Assembly (NCBI GenBank): GCA_013388925.1
Contig: JACAEJ010000036.1
Span: 4,600-68,599, forward strand
Direction: 5' to 3'
From: Nitrososphaerales archaeon
Lineage (GTDB): Archaea; Thermoproteota; Nitrososphaeria; Nitrososphaerales; JACAEJ01
DNA: 64,000 nucleotides
The notes under the pieces are model-generated. The model was not told the origin of the DNA. It worked only from the letters and a program-made list of their open reading frames with translations, and did no database searches. Of the stretch, positions 47,412 to 57,173 are shown one piece after another. Positions within the stretch are counted from its first letter, which is position 1. Each line of letters starts with the position of its first letter. The position numbers and the translations under genes are program-made.

Positions 47412-48431
47412 TTATGGTCTCATTCCACATAAAATAGCTATCATCAAAGATGAGGCCGTAATGTCTGCCGTAGTACCGGGGTTCAACCTACTGCCTGAAT
47501 CTCTTAAATCCCTGTCAAATCGATTCAATGCTCTCCTTCCCGCTTCAGAAGTCATCCCTCCCAACTTCAAAACCCTCTCAGCTCTTCTGGAAACTTTCTT
47601 GGCTTCAATCAATCCTATCTTGACTGCTCTTACAATGCCTTCTGTCTGCTTCAACCCGACCTTTCTAGCGATGAATGTATCGGGATGCTTCGTCAGTATT
47701 GTCAAGAAGGTGTGAACTGTTGCTATGTTGATATCCCCCATCTTTTCATAAACATTCATAAGAGTTCTGTAACCCAAATCAAAAGAAATCTTCATACCAT
47801 TGGTTAGCTCCTTTGCTACATTGTCCCATTTAGACGAAACTTTCATCAACTGGTATAGGTTGAGACCATGTTCCATCATCCTATCCTTTAAATCATGACT
47901 CAAAAGGTCTGGCACAGTTCTTGCCTTCAATCGACCTAGGGCTGCAGTGCCAGATTCGATGATGGCATCACAAACATGTATTGCATCTTGATAAGTTGTC
48001 GCCTTCATGATCTTTAACAGCATAGAACGCCAACCATTCGGCTCTATCCTACCAAATCTTGTAAATGCCAGCCCAGCCGATGCCGCCAAAGGGACGAAGA
48101 GCATGACTATACCCAAATGAGTATTTCCTCCTTTATGCCATGATCTTACTTTATGAACAGCCTCTTTGATGTAATTGCCAATTCCTATATCTTTTATATC
48201 GATTCGATCAAGACCTGTGTTTATCCCCCTTAACGCAACCTCCATTATTGAAGGCCCAATGGCTACAGAGCCAGCCAGATAATGCTCGAAGCGTGTATCT
48301 ATGAAGTCTGCATCCCTGTGAACATTTCCTGGCTTTGGTGTGCCGCTCACCTCCAAAGCTGCTGCAAGCTGGGCTGCCACCATTATGTCGTTAGCAGTAC
48401 TTAGAAAATCTTTTTCCATGTTACCCACCAT
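47412..48431 (-). CDS. Triphosphoribosyl-dephospho-CoA synthase (CitG/MdcB)-like protein
   Basis: AAALEVSGTPKPGNVHRDADF matches the CitG N-terminal motif (E..L.PKPGLVD). Length and helical content also fit. Confidence 0.7.
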   Translation of the reverse strand: MVGNMEKDFLSTANDIMVAAQLAAALEVSGTPKPGNVHRDADFIDTRFEHYLAGSVAIGPSIMEVALRGINTGLDRIDIKDIGIGNYIKEAVHKVRSWHKGGNTHLGIVMLFVPLAASAGLAFTRFGRIEPNGWRSMLLKIMKATTYQDAIHVCDAIIESGTAALGRLKARTVPDLLSHDLKDRMMEHGLNLYQLMKVSSKWDNVAKELTNGMKISFDLGYRTLMNVYEKMGDINIATVHTFLTILTKHPDTFIARKVGLKQTEGIVRAVKIGLIEAKKVSRRAERVLKLGGMTSEAGRRALNRFDRDLRDSGSRLNPGTTADITASSLMIAILCGMRP

Positions 48432-48531
48432 GGACGATCCTCTGCGATTTATCCTTACTCATTTTGACAGGAATTTAGAACGCATTGAGGCACCCCATTC
48501 TTTAAATATTGCACCGACTGATGCAATTGCG

Positions 48532-49461
48532 ATGGTAATGCAAAAAAAGATTGGAAAGACCTTCGTCATATCTTTTGTCTTCTTAATGATCCTGCCAGCG
48601 ATATTGACATCCTATGTTGGTGCTACTGAAGCTCAAAAACCATCCCTTTCCGTAGGTAATTATTGGGCGTATGGAGTTGAATACCTCGACCCCGATTCGG
48701 GAATTGTCACAATGAACGGGACGACTACCAGAGAGATTATCGGAGAATCCAACGTTACCATCGACACAGAATTGTATGAATGCTTCGTAGTAAAGATAGA
48801 AGGTAGCTGGCAAGATGCAACAGCAACAGTCACTTGGACTTTGAATGGTATGATCTACCTAGTTAAGTCCGATCTGTGTACTGTGAAAGAGGATATGGAA
48901 ATAACGCTGATAATAGGAGAAGAGGTCACTCTTAATCAAATCTCCAATGTAACCTACCATTCTCCACTTAAGGAATGCGACTTCCCCCTAACTGAAGGGA
49001 AGAACTGGACTGTCAGTACAACAAAGACTGAGACGATAACTTATCCTGGAGAACCCCCAGATACTAAGACTACTCATGTTGCCCGAAACTACACTGTAGG
49101 CATGACTATGGATAGAGTAACGGTGGATGCAGGAACCTTCGATACTTTTGTTATTCGTTACGCAACTTCAGACTCTATCTATGAACAATACTACTCTTCA
49201 GGTGCTGGTGGTAATGTTATGGAGTTAGTATATAGAAGGGTAGATGAGCAATTGACGACAAGGATGGAATTGATGGAGACAAATTTCATAGCGCCCAGTG
49301 GACCGTTAGAGTGGTGGGTCTGGTTGGCGATAGCCATAATCATTGTCGTTGCAGTGGGTATCACTTATATCTTCATTATCAGAATGAGAAAACCATCCAC
49401 TCCGAGCGGGACGGCAAAGATGGCACTCGCTGCCAACTTTTCATCCCCCTCTATTTTTTAA
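48532..49461 (+). CDS. Secreted or cell-surface protein with an N-terminal signal anchor and a C-terminal TM helix
   Basis: The internal ATG gives MVMQKKIGKTFVISFVFLMILPAILTSYVGA. There are several N-x-S/T sequons and a C-terminal WWVWLAIAIIIVVAVGITYIFII. The track start at 48340 would overlap the CitG-like gene. Confidence 0.45.
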   Translation: MVMQKKIGKTFVISFVFLMILPAILTSYVGATEAQKPSLSVGNYWAYGVEYLDPDSGIVTMNGTTTREIIGESNVTIDTELYECFVVKIEGSWQDATATVTWTLNGMIYLVKSDLCTVKEDMEITLIIGEEVTLNQISNVTYHSPLKECDFPLTEGKNWTVSTTKTETITYPGEPPDTKTTHVARNYTVGMTMDRVTVDAGTFDTFVIRYATSDSIYEQYYSSGAGGNVMELVYRRVDEQLTTRMELMETNFIAPSGPLEWWVWLAIAIIIVVAVGITYIFIIRMRKPSTPSGTAKMALAANFSSPSIF

Positions 49462-49485
49462 ATAACTGCGTAAAGTAGATGAGTA

Positions 49486-50505
49486 GTGACAGACCATCCT
49501 AGAATGCGTGAAGGCGATTTCCTGAAGATCTATGATGGAACCATCTTCGAGGTAAAAGGATTATCTCATCCTTCAGGAAGGGTCATTGCCTTCATTAGGT
49601 ACATTCCAGATCTTAAAGGTGATAGGAAGCTCGATGGTAAATCCTATCGAAAGGTCTACTTCATGGAAGAGAGATACAGGATATTAAAGGAGAGATATCC
49701 TCAGTTCCTGATCTTCGATGACGCTTTTGGTGAATATATGCCCGAAGTCGATTTTTCGAGCATCCTCCATGTTTACAAACCACAGGATAGGTTGCGCGAG
49801 ATAAGAAAAAATGATCAACTGGATAAATTAGAGAGGCAGGCACTGCTCTTCACAGAGACATTAAAGAGAGAAGCAAAGATACCATGGAGTAATTTGGGCA
49901 TTACTGGTTCCATATTGGTGGGGCTCCATACTGATAAATCTGATATGGACATAATAATTTATGGCATAAGAAACTGCCTTCGAGTTCGTGGTGCTATGCA
50001 AGGCCTTTTGGCGTCAGAGCAGTATGTCTCACGCTATAGGATGAAAGATTTGAGAAGGCTATATCAATTCCGTGTAAAAGATACGGTTATGCCTTTCGAA
50101 GAATTTGTGAAGCATGAAATCAGAAAGAGCTTCCAAGGTGTATTCGGTGGTAGAGAGTTCTTCATAAGATACATCAAGGATTGGGATGAGGTCAAGGAGA
50201 AGTATGGTGAGGTAATATACAAGCCTGAAGGATACGCAAAGATAAGAGCCAAGATCACTGATGATTCTGAGTCCATGTTCACACCATGTGTATACAGAGT
50301 GGAAGACGTAGAAGTCATTGAAGGGCAAGAATGGCTTGAATTGAGAGAAATATCATCTTTTAGAGGGAGGTTCTGTGAACAGGCAAGGAACGATGAGACA
50401 GTCATTGCTCAGGGCAAGATCGAAAGAGTAATTACCGCTGGTGAAGATTACCACAGGATTCTATTAGGTAGCAGACCGACAGACTACATGATCACTTTAA
50501 CATAA
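49486..50505 (+). CDS. Predicted Pol-beta-superfamily nucleotidyltransferase with a C-terminal OB-like region (paralog 1)
   Basis: GITGSILVGLHTDKSDMDIIIYG fits the hG[GS]-x9-13-DxD NTase motif. It aligns over its full length with the next gene. Confidence 0.5.
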   Translation: MTDHPRMREGDFLKIYDGTIFEVKGLSHPSGRVIAFIRYIPDLKGDRKLDGKSYRKVYFMEERYRILKERYPQFLIFDDAFGEYMPEVDFSSILHVYKPQDRLREIRKNDQLDKLERQALLFTETLKREAKIPWSNLGITGSILVGLHTDKSDMDIIIYGIRNCLRVRGAMQGLLASEQYVSRYRMKDLRRLYQFRVKDTVMPFEEFVKHEIRKSFQGVFGGREFFIRYIKDWDEVKEKYGEVIYKPEGYAKIRAKITDDSESMFTPCVYRVEDVEVIEGQEWLELREISSFRGRFCEQARNDETVIAQGKIERVITAGEDYHRILLGSRPTDYMITLT

Positions 50506-50558
50506 CAGAATCAGATAGAAATATGAACAAATAAGTACCTTGATCTCTGTGATAACAT

Positions 50559-51617
50559 ATGGTCGAAAGAAGTTACAAGGACAAGGACTTCATAAAAACG
50601 GTTGAAGGTCTCTTCTTCTGTGTCGTTGGATACATTCACCCTTATGACAGAGTGATATCTTACCTTAGGTACTTTCCCAGCTCTTTTGGCAAGTGGGGCA
50701 GAGCTTCTGTAAGGTATGCCCGAGCAATGCCTTCTTACACCATCCCTTACCTGTTAAAGAACATAGAAACACTAAGAAGAGATTTTTCAGATTACATCTT
50801 TTACTCAGATGTCTTCAATACGCTGATGTCGGCAGTGCCTCGTTATAAAATATATGAGCATCATAGACCTGAGGATGGACTACATCGAATATTGAAGCTT
50901 GAGGGACCCGACTCTCTCCAAAAGAGAGCCATCGAACTCGCCAGTCTCATCTCGAATATAAGTGGCATATCTCTGAAGCATATCGGTGTGACAGGATCGA
51001 TCCTCATAGACATCCACAAACCAAAATTCTCGGATGTAGATATCGTTATTTATGGAAGGAACAACTCTCTCAAGGCCAAAGAAGCCCTCTTGTCCTATTA
51101 CAGTGAGGAGGGGAGCAAAGTTCGCAAGCTTTATGGAGACGCTTTGAACAAATGGTGTGAGGAAAAGGTTAGGGACTATCCCCTGACCTTCGAGGAAGCT
51201 AGAAAGATCTACAACAGGAAATGGAACTATGGTCTGTTCAAGGAAAGGAACTTCTCCATACATCCGGTGAGGCTCGACTCAGAAATTAGGGAGATTTATG
51301 GCGACAGGATCTACACTCCTATAGGCATGACAAAGATAAGAGCAAGAATATCTGATGCATCAGAATCTATCTTTCTTCCTCACACCTACTCTTTGCAAAG
51401 AATCATAGTTGAGGAGGGCAAGAAAAAACAGGACATTAGAGAAGTCACATCCTACGAGGGATTGTACGGTGGAATCTTCGAACATGGAGATGAAATATTG
51501 GCTAGAGGAATGTTAGAAGAAATCATAGATAAGAAGGCTGAGGAAGTCTACTATCGTGTCTTGATAGGCTCCCTTGAAGGGAAAGGTACAGAATATATGA
51601 AATCAACGGACCCTTAA
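50559..51617 (+). CDS. Predicted Pol-beta-superfamily nucleotidyltransferase with a C-terminal OB-like region (paralog 2)
   Basis: GVTGSILIDIHKPKFSDVDIVIYG is the NTase motif. IRARISDASESIFLPHTY in this protein aligns with IRAKITDDSESMFTPCVY in paralog 1. Confidence 0.5.
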   Translation: MVERSYKDKDFIKTVEGLFFCVVGYIHPYDRVISYLRYFPSSFGKWGRASVRYARAMPSYTIPYLLKNIETLRRDFSDYIFYSDVFNTLMSAVPRYKIYEHHRPEDGLHRILKLEGPDSLQKRAIELASLISNISGISLKHIGVTGSILIDIHKPKFSDVDIVIYGRNNSLKAKEALLSYYSEEGSKVRKLYGDALNKWCEEKVRDYPLTFEEARKIYNRKWNYGLFKERNFSIHPVRLDSEIREIYGDRIYTPIGMTKIRARISDASESIFLPHTYSLQRIIVEEGKKKQDIREVTSYEGLYGGIFEHGDEILARGMLEEIIDKKAEEVYYRVLIGSLEGKGTEYMKSTDP

Positions 51618-51658
51618 AGTGGCAAAATTAATAAAGGGTAGGAATCCTACCCCCCATT

Positions 51659-52042
51659 ATGAAGGCATTATTATTAACAGGAAGAAGTTTGAAGCAGGGT
51701 ATAGGTAAAGAAGTGGGCAAGGTCACCGAAAAATACAAAGAAAGCGTCGCTATGTGTGAAATTCATCCAAAAGATGTTGAAGAGCTGGGAATAAAGGATG
51801 GGGAGAATGTGAGCATTACGACAAAATTCGGTAGTGTCGTTGTTAAAAGCGTCTCTTCACAAAACATCGCTGAACCCGGAATCATCTTTATTCCCTATGG
51901 CCCCTATGCTAGCATGCTCGTAGATTATGATACTTGTAGCACTGGCATGCCCACATTAAAAGGAATAGTAGCAGAAGTCAAACCAGCCCCAAGCGAGAGA
52001 ATCTTGGATGTGAAAGAGTTGGTCAAATACTTAGGGAGGTAG
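51659..52042 (+). CDS. fwdD: Formylmethanofuran dehydrogenase subunit D
   Basis: The 127-aa product is a molybdopterin-dinucleotide-binding barrel (LLTGRSLKQG...GENVSITTKFGSVVVKSV...IFIPYGPYA), as in FwdD/FmdD. Confidence 0.8.
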   Translation: MKALLLTGRSLKQGIGKEVGKVTEKYKESVAMCEIHPKDVEELGIKDGENVSITTKFGSVVVKSVSSQNIAEPGIIFIPYGPYASMLVDYDTCSTGMPTLKGIVAEVKPAPSERILDVKELVKYLGR

Positions 52043-52048
52043 ATTGGC

Positions 52049-53347
52049 TTGGTCATAGTTCAGAACATAGTCTGCCCGATCTGTGGTTGTGCATGTGACG
52101 ATATAGAAGCTACGGTTGAAGGCAACAAGATAGTAAAGGTCAAGAATTCCTGCTCAATATCGGCTAGCAAATTCCTTAACTTTTGGAAGGAAAGAAATCT
52201 ATCCAGTTTAATCAGAAAGAACGGCGAACTAGCGCCTACAAGTCTGGAGGAGGCTGTAGAGAAGACTGCTGAGATTTTAGTGAATGCAGAGTACCCTTTG
52301 GTCTATGGCTTTGCCCTGTCGGGGTGTGAGGCCCAGGCTGTAGGTGTAGAACTTGCTGAAGAAATTGGTGGAGTCATCGATAACCAGACTGTAACTTGCC
52401 ATGGTCCTAGTGCATTAGGGTTGCACGATGTAGGAATGCCGGGATGTACCCTTGGGGAAGTCAGGCATAGGGCTGATCTTATCGTCTACTGGGGGAGCAA
52501 CTTTCAGGAGGCACATCCAAGACATTTGGCAAGATACTCCGCCCTATCGGAAGGAAGATTTAGAAAAGGGAGAAAGGACAGGAAGGTCGTAGTCATAGAC
52601 GTTAGAAAGACTCCAAGTGCTAGAGTTGCAGATCTTTTCATTCCTATTGCACCGGGTCAGGATTATGAGCTCATGTCTGCCCTGCGTATGGCTCTAAACA
52701 ATGATGAAATCGAGGAAGAGAGTGTAGCCGGACTACCTGTTGATAAGATCGAAGAGTTGGCAGAAATGCTAAGGAGTTGTCAATTCGGAATCCTATTTTA
52801 TGGATTGGGTCTGACGATGAGTCGAGGAAAGGAAAGAAACATAGATCAAGCGGTATCTCTAGTTTGTGATCTAAATAAATGGACGAAATTTGTCATAATG
52901 CCCATGAGAGGGCACTATAATGTAACTGGAATGAATGAAGTGACAGCATGGCAGACAGGTTACCCATACGCAGTGGACTTCAGTCATGGTTATCCATGGT
53001 ATAATCCTGGGGAAACGACATCGATTGATATTCTGCGCAGAGGAGAGTGTGACGCAGCACTCATAGTCGCATCTGACCCATTGGCACATTTCCCCAAAGA
53101 AGTAGGCCAAAACTTGTGCAAGATCCCCTTCGCTGTCATAGACCCTCATATGTCCATGACCGCCCTTGCTGCAGATGTCGTGATGCCTTGTGCATTCACG
53201 GGAATAGAGGCTGAGGGTTCTGCCTATAGAATGGATACTGTTCCTCTGCCCCTCAAGAAGGTTATAGAATCCCCTCCAGGAATACTTTCCGATGAAGAGT
53301 TGGTTGGCATGATACTGAAAAGGGTGAAATCAAAAAGGAGGCGATAG
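52049..53347 (+). CDS. fwdB: Formylmethanofuran dehydrogenase subunit B
   Basis: The N-terminal FeS motif is VCPICGCACDDI. The product is 432 aa and the gene sits between fwdD and fwdA. The start is TTG. Confidence 0.8.
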   Translation: MVIVQNIVCPICGCACDDIEATVEGNKIVKVKNSCSISASKFLNFWKERNLSSLIRKNGELAPTSLEEAVEKTAEILVNAEYPLVYGFALSGCEAQAVGVELAEEIGGVIDNQTVTCHGPSALGLHDVGMPGCTLGEVRHRADLIVYWGSNFQEAHPRHLARYSALSEGRFRKGRKDRKVVVIDVRKTPSARVADLFIPIAPGQDYELMSALRMALNNDEIEEESVAGLPVDKIEELAEMLRSCQFGILFYGLGLTMSRGKERNIDQAVSLVCDLNKWTKFVIMPMRGHYNVTGMNEVTAWQTGYPYAVDFSHGYPWYNPGETTSIDILRRGECDAALIVASDPLAHFPKEVGQNLCKIPFAVIDPHMSMTALAADVVMPCAFTGIEAEGSAYRMDTVPLPLKKVIESPPGILSDEELVGMILKRVKSKRRR

Positions 53348-53350
53348 AGG

Positions 53351-55072
53351 ATGGAGTTGCTGATAAAGAATGGAGTTGTTTACGATCCCAAGAATGGGAT
53401 AGATGGAGAGGTTATGGACGTAGCCATCAGGGACAAGAAAGTAGTGGACAGAGTTGATGAGTCAAAGGCATACGTCATAGATGCATCAAATAAGCTTATC
53501 ATGCCAGGTGGGGTTGATCTTCACTCACACATAGCAGGACCAAAATGCAATATTGGGAGGATGCTTCGCCCCGAAGATCACTATAAGGATGTTGAGCCTA
53601 GGACACAGGTAAAGCGCTCTGGGGTAGGGTACTCCGTCCCCTCTAGCTTCACTATTGGCTATAGATATGCCATACTTGGTTACACAACTGTATTTGAACC
53701 AGCAAACCCGCCCCTAAAGATGTTGCACTGCCACCATGAATTCAGGGATATACCTATACTCGACAAGGGCTGTTTCGTTATGTTCGGCAACAACTGGTTC
53801 GTCATGGAGTACCTGAGGGATAACAAACTCGATGAATGTGCAGCGTACGTAGCATGGACTCTAGACGCAACAAAGGGATATGCCATAAAGATAGTAGACC
53901 CAGGATGTGTTGAGGCTTGGAAGTGGGGAGATGTAGAATTCTTGGATATATTGTGGGGGAGGCCTGAAGAAATAGATGAACCAGTGCCTCGCTTTGGGGT
54001 AACATCAAGGGAGATCGTGAGAGGTCTTTGTAAGGTCAACAAGCTCCTAAATCTGCCACATCCAATACACGTCCATGCGAACGGTCTAGGCACACCAGGC
54101 AATTATCAAACTACTATCGACACTATGGACTGCGTTAAAGATCTTGCCGAAGAAGATAGGCCAGCGATACACATGACTCATGTCCAATTCAATGGGTATG
54201 CTGGTTCAGACTGGATTACTATCAGGTCTGGCGCTCACGAGATAATGAAGTATGTCAACGCCAATAAGCATGTGACCATAGATCTGGGTCAAGTCATCTT
54301 CACCGACACTACCACAATGACGGGCGACGGACCCTTCGAGTACAAGTTGCACTTGCTAACAAAGAACAAGTGGACAAATGCTGATGTGGAATCTGAGGAA
54401 GGGGCTGGCCTTGTGCCAATACACTACAAGAAGAGCAACTTCGTTCATGCGACCATGTGGACGATCGGGTTGGAGTTGGCTCTCCTCGCAAAAGACCCTT
54501 GGAGAATCTTCATGACTACTGATCATCCGAATGGCGGACCTTTTACCCACTATCCTAGGGCAATAACATGGCTCATGAGCAAGGAAGCTAGGAAGAGAAC
54601 TCTAGACAAGATTTCGAAGCGGGCAAGATCGAGGAGTGACCTAGATAACATGGACCGTGAATATTCATTCTACGAAATAGCCATTGCAACAAGGGCTGCA
54701 AATGCTAGGATTCTTGGGTTGAAAGATAAGGGGCATCTCGGGGTAGGCGCAGACGCCGATGTTGCCATATACGACATAAATCCAAGAGAGGTTGATCAAT
54801 CCAGAGACTACAAGAAAGTTCGTAAAGCCCTGAGCAAGGCAGCATTCACCATAAAAGAAGGAGAGATCGTGGTAAAAGACGGAGATATAGTCAAATCTAT
54901 TGAAGGAAGGACCTATTGGGTAAAGCCCAATCTACCAAGCGATCTTATGAATGCCATAACAAGCGATTTGACCAAGAAGTTCCGTGATTACTACACAGTA
55001 GAAATGGAGAACTTCAAGATACATGATAGATTCGTAACTAGATCCACGCCCATGCCCACTTACTACGGATAG
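53351..55072 (+). CDS. fwdA: Formylmethanofuran dehydrogenase subunit A (amidohydrolase)
   Basis: LIKNGVVYDPKNGIDGEVMDVAIRD, GGVDLHSH and the 573-aa length match FwdA/FhcA. Confidence 0.85.
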   Translation: MELLIKNGVVYDPKNGIDGEVMDVAIRDKKVVDRVDESKAYVIDASNKLIMPGGVDLHSHIAGPKCNIGRMLRPEDHYKDVEPRTQVKRSGVGYSVPSSFTIGYRYAILGYTTVFEPANPPLKMLHCHHEFRDIPILDKGCFVMFGNNWFVMEYLRDNKLDECAAYVAWTLDATKGYAIKIVDPGCVEAWKWGDVEFLDILWGRPEEIDEPVPRFGVTSREIVRGLCKVNKLLNLPHPIHVHANGLGTPGNYQTTIDTMDCVKDLAEEDRPAIHMTHVQFNGYAGSDWITIRSGAHEIMKYVNANKHVTIDLGQVIFTDTTTMTGDGPFEYKLHLLTKNKWTNADVESEEGAGLVPIHYKKSNFVHATMWTIGLELALLAKDPWRIFMTTDHPNGGPFTHYPRAITWLMSKEARKRTLDKISKRARSRSDLDNMDREYSFYEIAIATRAANARILGLKDKGHLGVGADADVAIYDINPREVDQSRDYKKVRKALSKAAFTIKEGEIVVKDGDIVKSIEGRTYWVKPNLPSDLMNAITSDLTKKFRDYYTVEMENFKIHDRFVTRSTPMPTYYG

Positions 55073-55077
55073 ACATC

Positions 55078-55803
55078 CTATAACCTCGAGAGGTCCTCCT
55101 TTCTTATCTTTAAAGTATGGAGGGCTGTGGAGACCAGTACTCCAGAGATGCCAAGATTACGAAGTGAGATTATATCGACAATGTCTCTTACTCCTCCTCC
55201 CATTATTATCGGGATGCTTATAGAGCCAACAAGCCCTCTTGCTAATTCGATATCTGCCCCCGATTCACTTCCTACCCTGAAGAGGTCTAGGATGATAAGT
55301 TCCATAACGCCCACCAATTCTAGCCTTTTTGCCAAGATTTTAGGGCTCATCCTTGCTATCTCTTTATTCTTAGAAAGGACTCTGCCCTTCTCTAGGTCAA
55401 TAGAGACTATGACTCGCTTCTCACCAGCAAATTCGAGGATGCTTTTTAGCACCCTAAGATTCGTTAGTGTCTCAGTCCCGACAACTACTTTTTCAACCCC
55501 AGCCTGAAGAAGATCTCTTACTTTTTGAACATCATTGACACCTGAATCCACCATGATCTTCATCCTGCTCAATTCGTAGATTCTTCTCAGTATACTCGTG
55601 TTATCGCCACGTCTCATAATGCTATCCAAGTCAGCAATGTACAACTCTCTGAACCCAAACTTCGTTTTCAAAGCTAGAGTTATGTCTATTGGATTGGAAG
55701 TTTCACATAAGTGGCTCTTTATGGCTTGATAATGATCTCTCTGGCCACCCTTGGCATGGACAACAACTCCCCCCATTATATCTATAACTGGGATAATCCT
55801 CAT
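55078..55803 (-). CDS. HisA/HisF-family TIM-barrel protein (the type associated with archaeal C1-cofactor gene clusters)
   Basis: MRIIPVIDIMGGVVVHAKGG..., VVVGTETL and IPIIMGGGVRD follow the HisA/HisF (beta-alpha)8 phosphate-binding pattern. Confidence 0.65.
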   Translation of the reverse strand: MRIIPVIDIMGGVVVHAKGGQRDHYQAIKSHLCETSNPIDITLALKTKFGFRELYIADLDSIMRRGDNTSILRRIYELSRMKIMVDSGVNDVQKVRDLLQAGVEKVVVGTETLTNLRVLKSILEFAGEKRVIVSIDLEKGRVLSKNKEIARMSPKILAKRLELVGVMELIILDLFRVGSESGADIELARGLVGSISIPIIMGGGVRDIVDIISLRNLGISGVLVSTALHTLKIRKEDLSRL

Positions 55804-55946
55804 ATTGTCAATTCTTGTAATTGGATGAAGATAAGACTTCTGATAATCCTCAACTTGGTTCCGTTATCATGGGTGGGTTCTCATTTGCTAGGTCAAAATC
55901 GATTTAGTAACCCTCATTTACCAGAGCTATCTAATTCTGCTACAGT

Positions 55947-57161
55947 TTGAAGGTTGCCATATTCGAGTATCTATCTGGAGGAGGCTTGTCAGGAAAGGTT
56001 TTACCATCAAGCATATTGAGTGAAGGATACGGCATGCTCCGTTCAGTTTTAACGGACTTTAAGGATGCTGGCTACAAAACCTCTACTTTGTTGGATTCGA
56101 GACTATCCATGTTTCAGCCACCATTAAAAGCAGATGATATCCTCTCAGTGGATTCTTTAGAAGAACTTAAGGTCAGATTTATGGATTTGTTAGAAGACTC
56201 TGATGCTTCTTTGTTGATAGCCCCCGAATCGGAGGGAATATTAGCTAAGTTCTTGAGCTTCAACAGAGAGTTAGGCATCGATTCTCTAAATTGCACTATT
56301 GACTCAATCGAAACTGTAAGCAACAAATCGAATCTCTATGAGAAACTAGAGGAAAGAGGACTACCCATACCAGAGACTGAATTGGTCAGAGTCGAAGAAG
56401 GTTTTGGGAAAGTTCAAAATATTATTGAGGAGATGAACTTCCCTCTTATCATCAAACCTATAAATGGCACAGGATGCCAAGGACTGAGCATTGTGAGGAA
56501 GCCTTCACAGTTGCCGCTAGCAATAAACAGGATAAAAGAAGAAGCGATGACTGGCGAGTTTCTGATACAAAAGTTTGTAGTAGGTGTGCATGCGAGTGTT
56601 AGCCTAATATCAAATGGCAAAGAGGCAGTACCACTTACCTTGAACCTCCAGATTTTGGATCTAAACACGCCCGACAAGATTTCGAGCTACATCGGTGGTT
56701 TAGTCCCTCTCGATCACAAATTAAGGAAAGAAGCTCTTCACACTGCCAAGAAGGCTGTAGAAATCTTCAGAGGGTTGGTGGGATATATCGGAGTAGACCT
56801 AGTTTTATCAAAAATTGGACCTATATTAATCGAGATAAATCCTCGCTTGACGGTATCATATATCGGTCTGAGGATGGTATCAAATTTGAACTTGGCTGAA
56901 GCAATAGTCAAAGCTTCTTTAGATGGTAAACTGCCAGAGAACTTTGATCCTTCGGGCTATTCTGCCTTCTCGAAAGAAACCCTGCCCATCTTTAGTAATG
57001 ATTCACTCAAAGGGACGTATTCAATGAAAGAAGTCGTTACTCCCCCTTTTCCTCTTAATGAAGAAAACTATGCCATCTTGGCTACGAAGGGAGATAATCC
57101 TAAGAAAGCCAAAGACGGTCTTCAAAAGGTAAAGCACCGCCTTATGAGTATGGTTGAATAA
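55947..57161 (+). CDS. mfnD: ATP-grasp ligase, MfnD (tyramine--L-glutamate ligase)-like
   Basis: ATP-grasp core (FPLIIKPINGTGCQGL, FLIQKFV, IEINPR). It is first in an operon with the mfnF-like and mfnE-like genes. Confidence 0.55.
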   Translation: MKVAIFEYLSGGGLSGKVLPSSILSEGYGMLRSVLTDFKDAGYKTSTLLDSRLSMFQPPLKADDILSVDSLEELKVRFMDLLEDSDASLLIAPESEGILAKFLSFNRELGIDSLNCTIDSIETVSNKSNLYEKLEERGLPIPETELVRVEEGFGKVQNIIEEMNFPLIIKPINGTGCQGLSIVRKPSQLPLAINRIKEEAMTGEFLIQKFVVGVHASVSLISNGKEAVPLTLNLQILDLNTPDKISSYIGGLVPLDHKLRKEALHTAKKAVEIFRGLVGYIGVDLVLSKIGPILIEINPRLTVSYIGLRMVSNLNLAEAIVKASLDGKLPENFDPSGYSAFSKETLPIFSNDSLKGTYSMKEVVTPPFPLNEENYAILATKGDNPKKAKDGLQKVKHRLMSMVE

Positions 57162-57173
57162 GAGGCAAAATAG

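Noticed and set aside
48340-48531. The 5' extension of ORF 48340-49461, which overlaps the CitG-like gene on the opposite strand.
   Set aside because: An internal ATG at 48532 yields a textbook signal-anchor N-terminus. The upstream 64 codons overlap the citG-like coding region and its promoter region and look non-coding.
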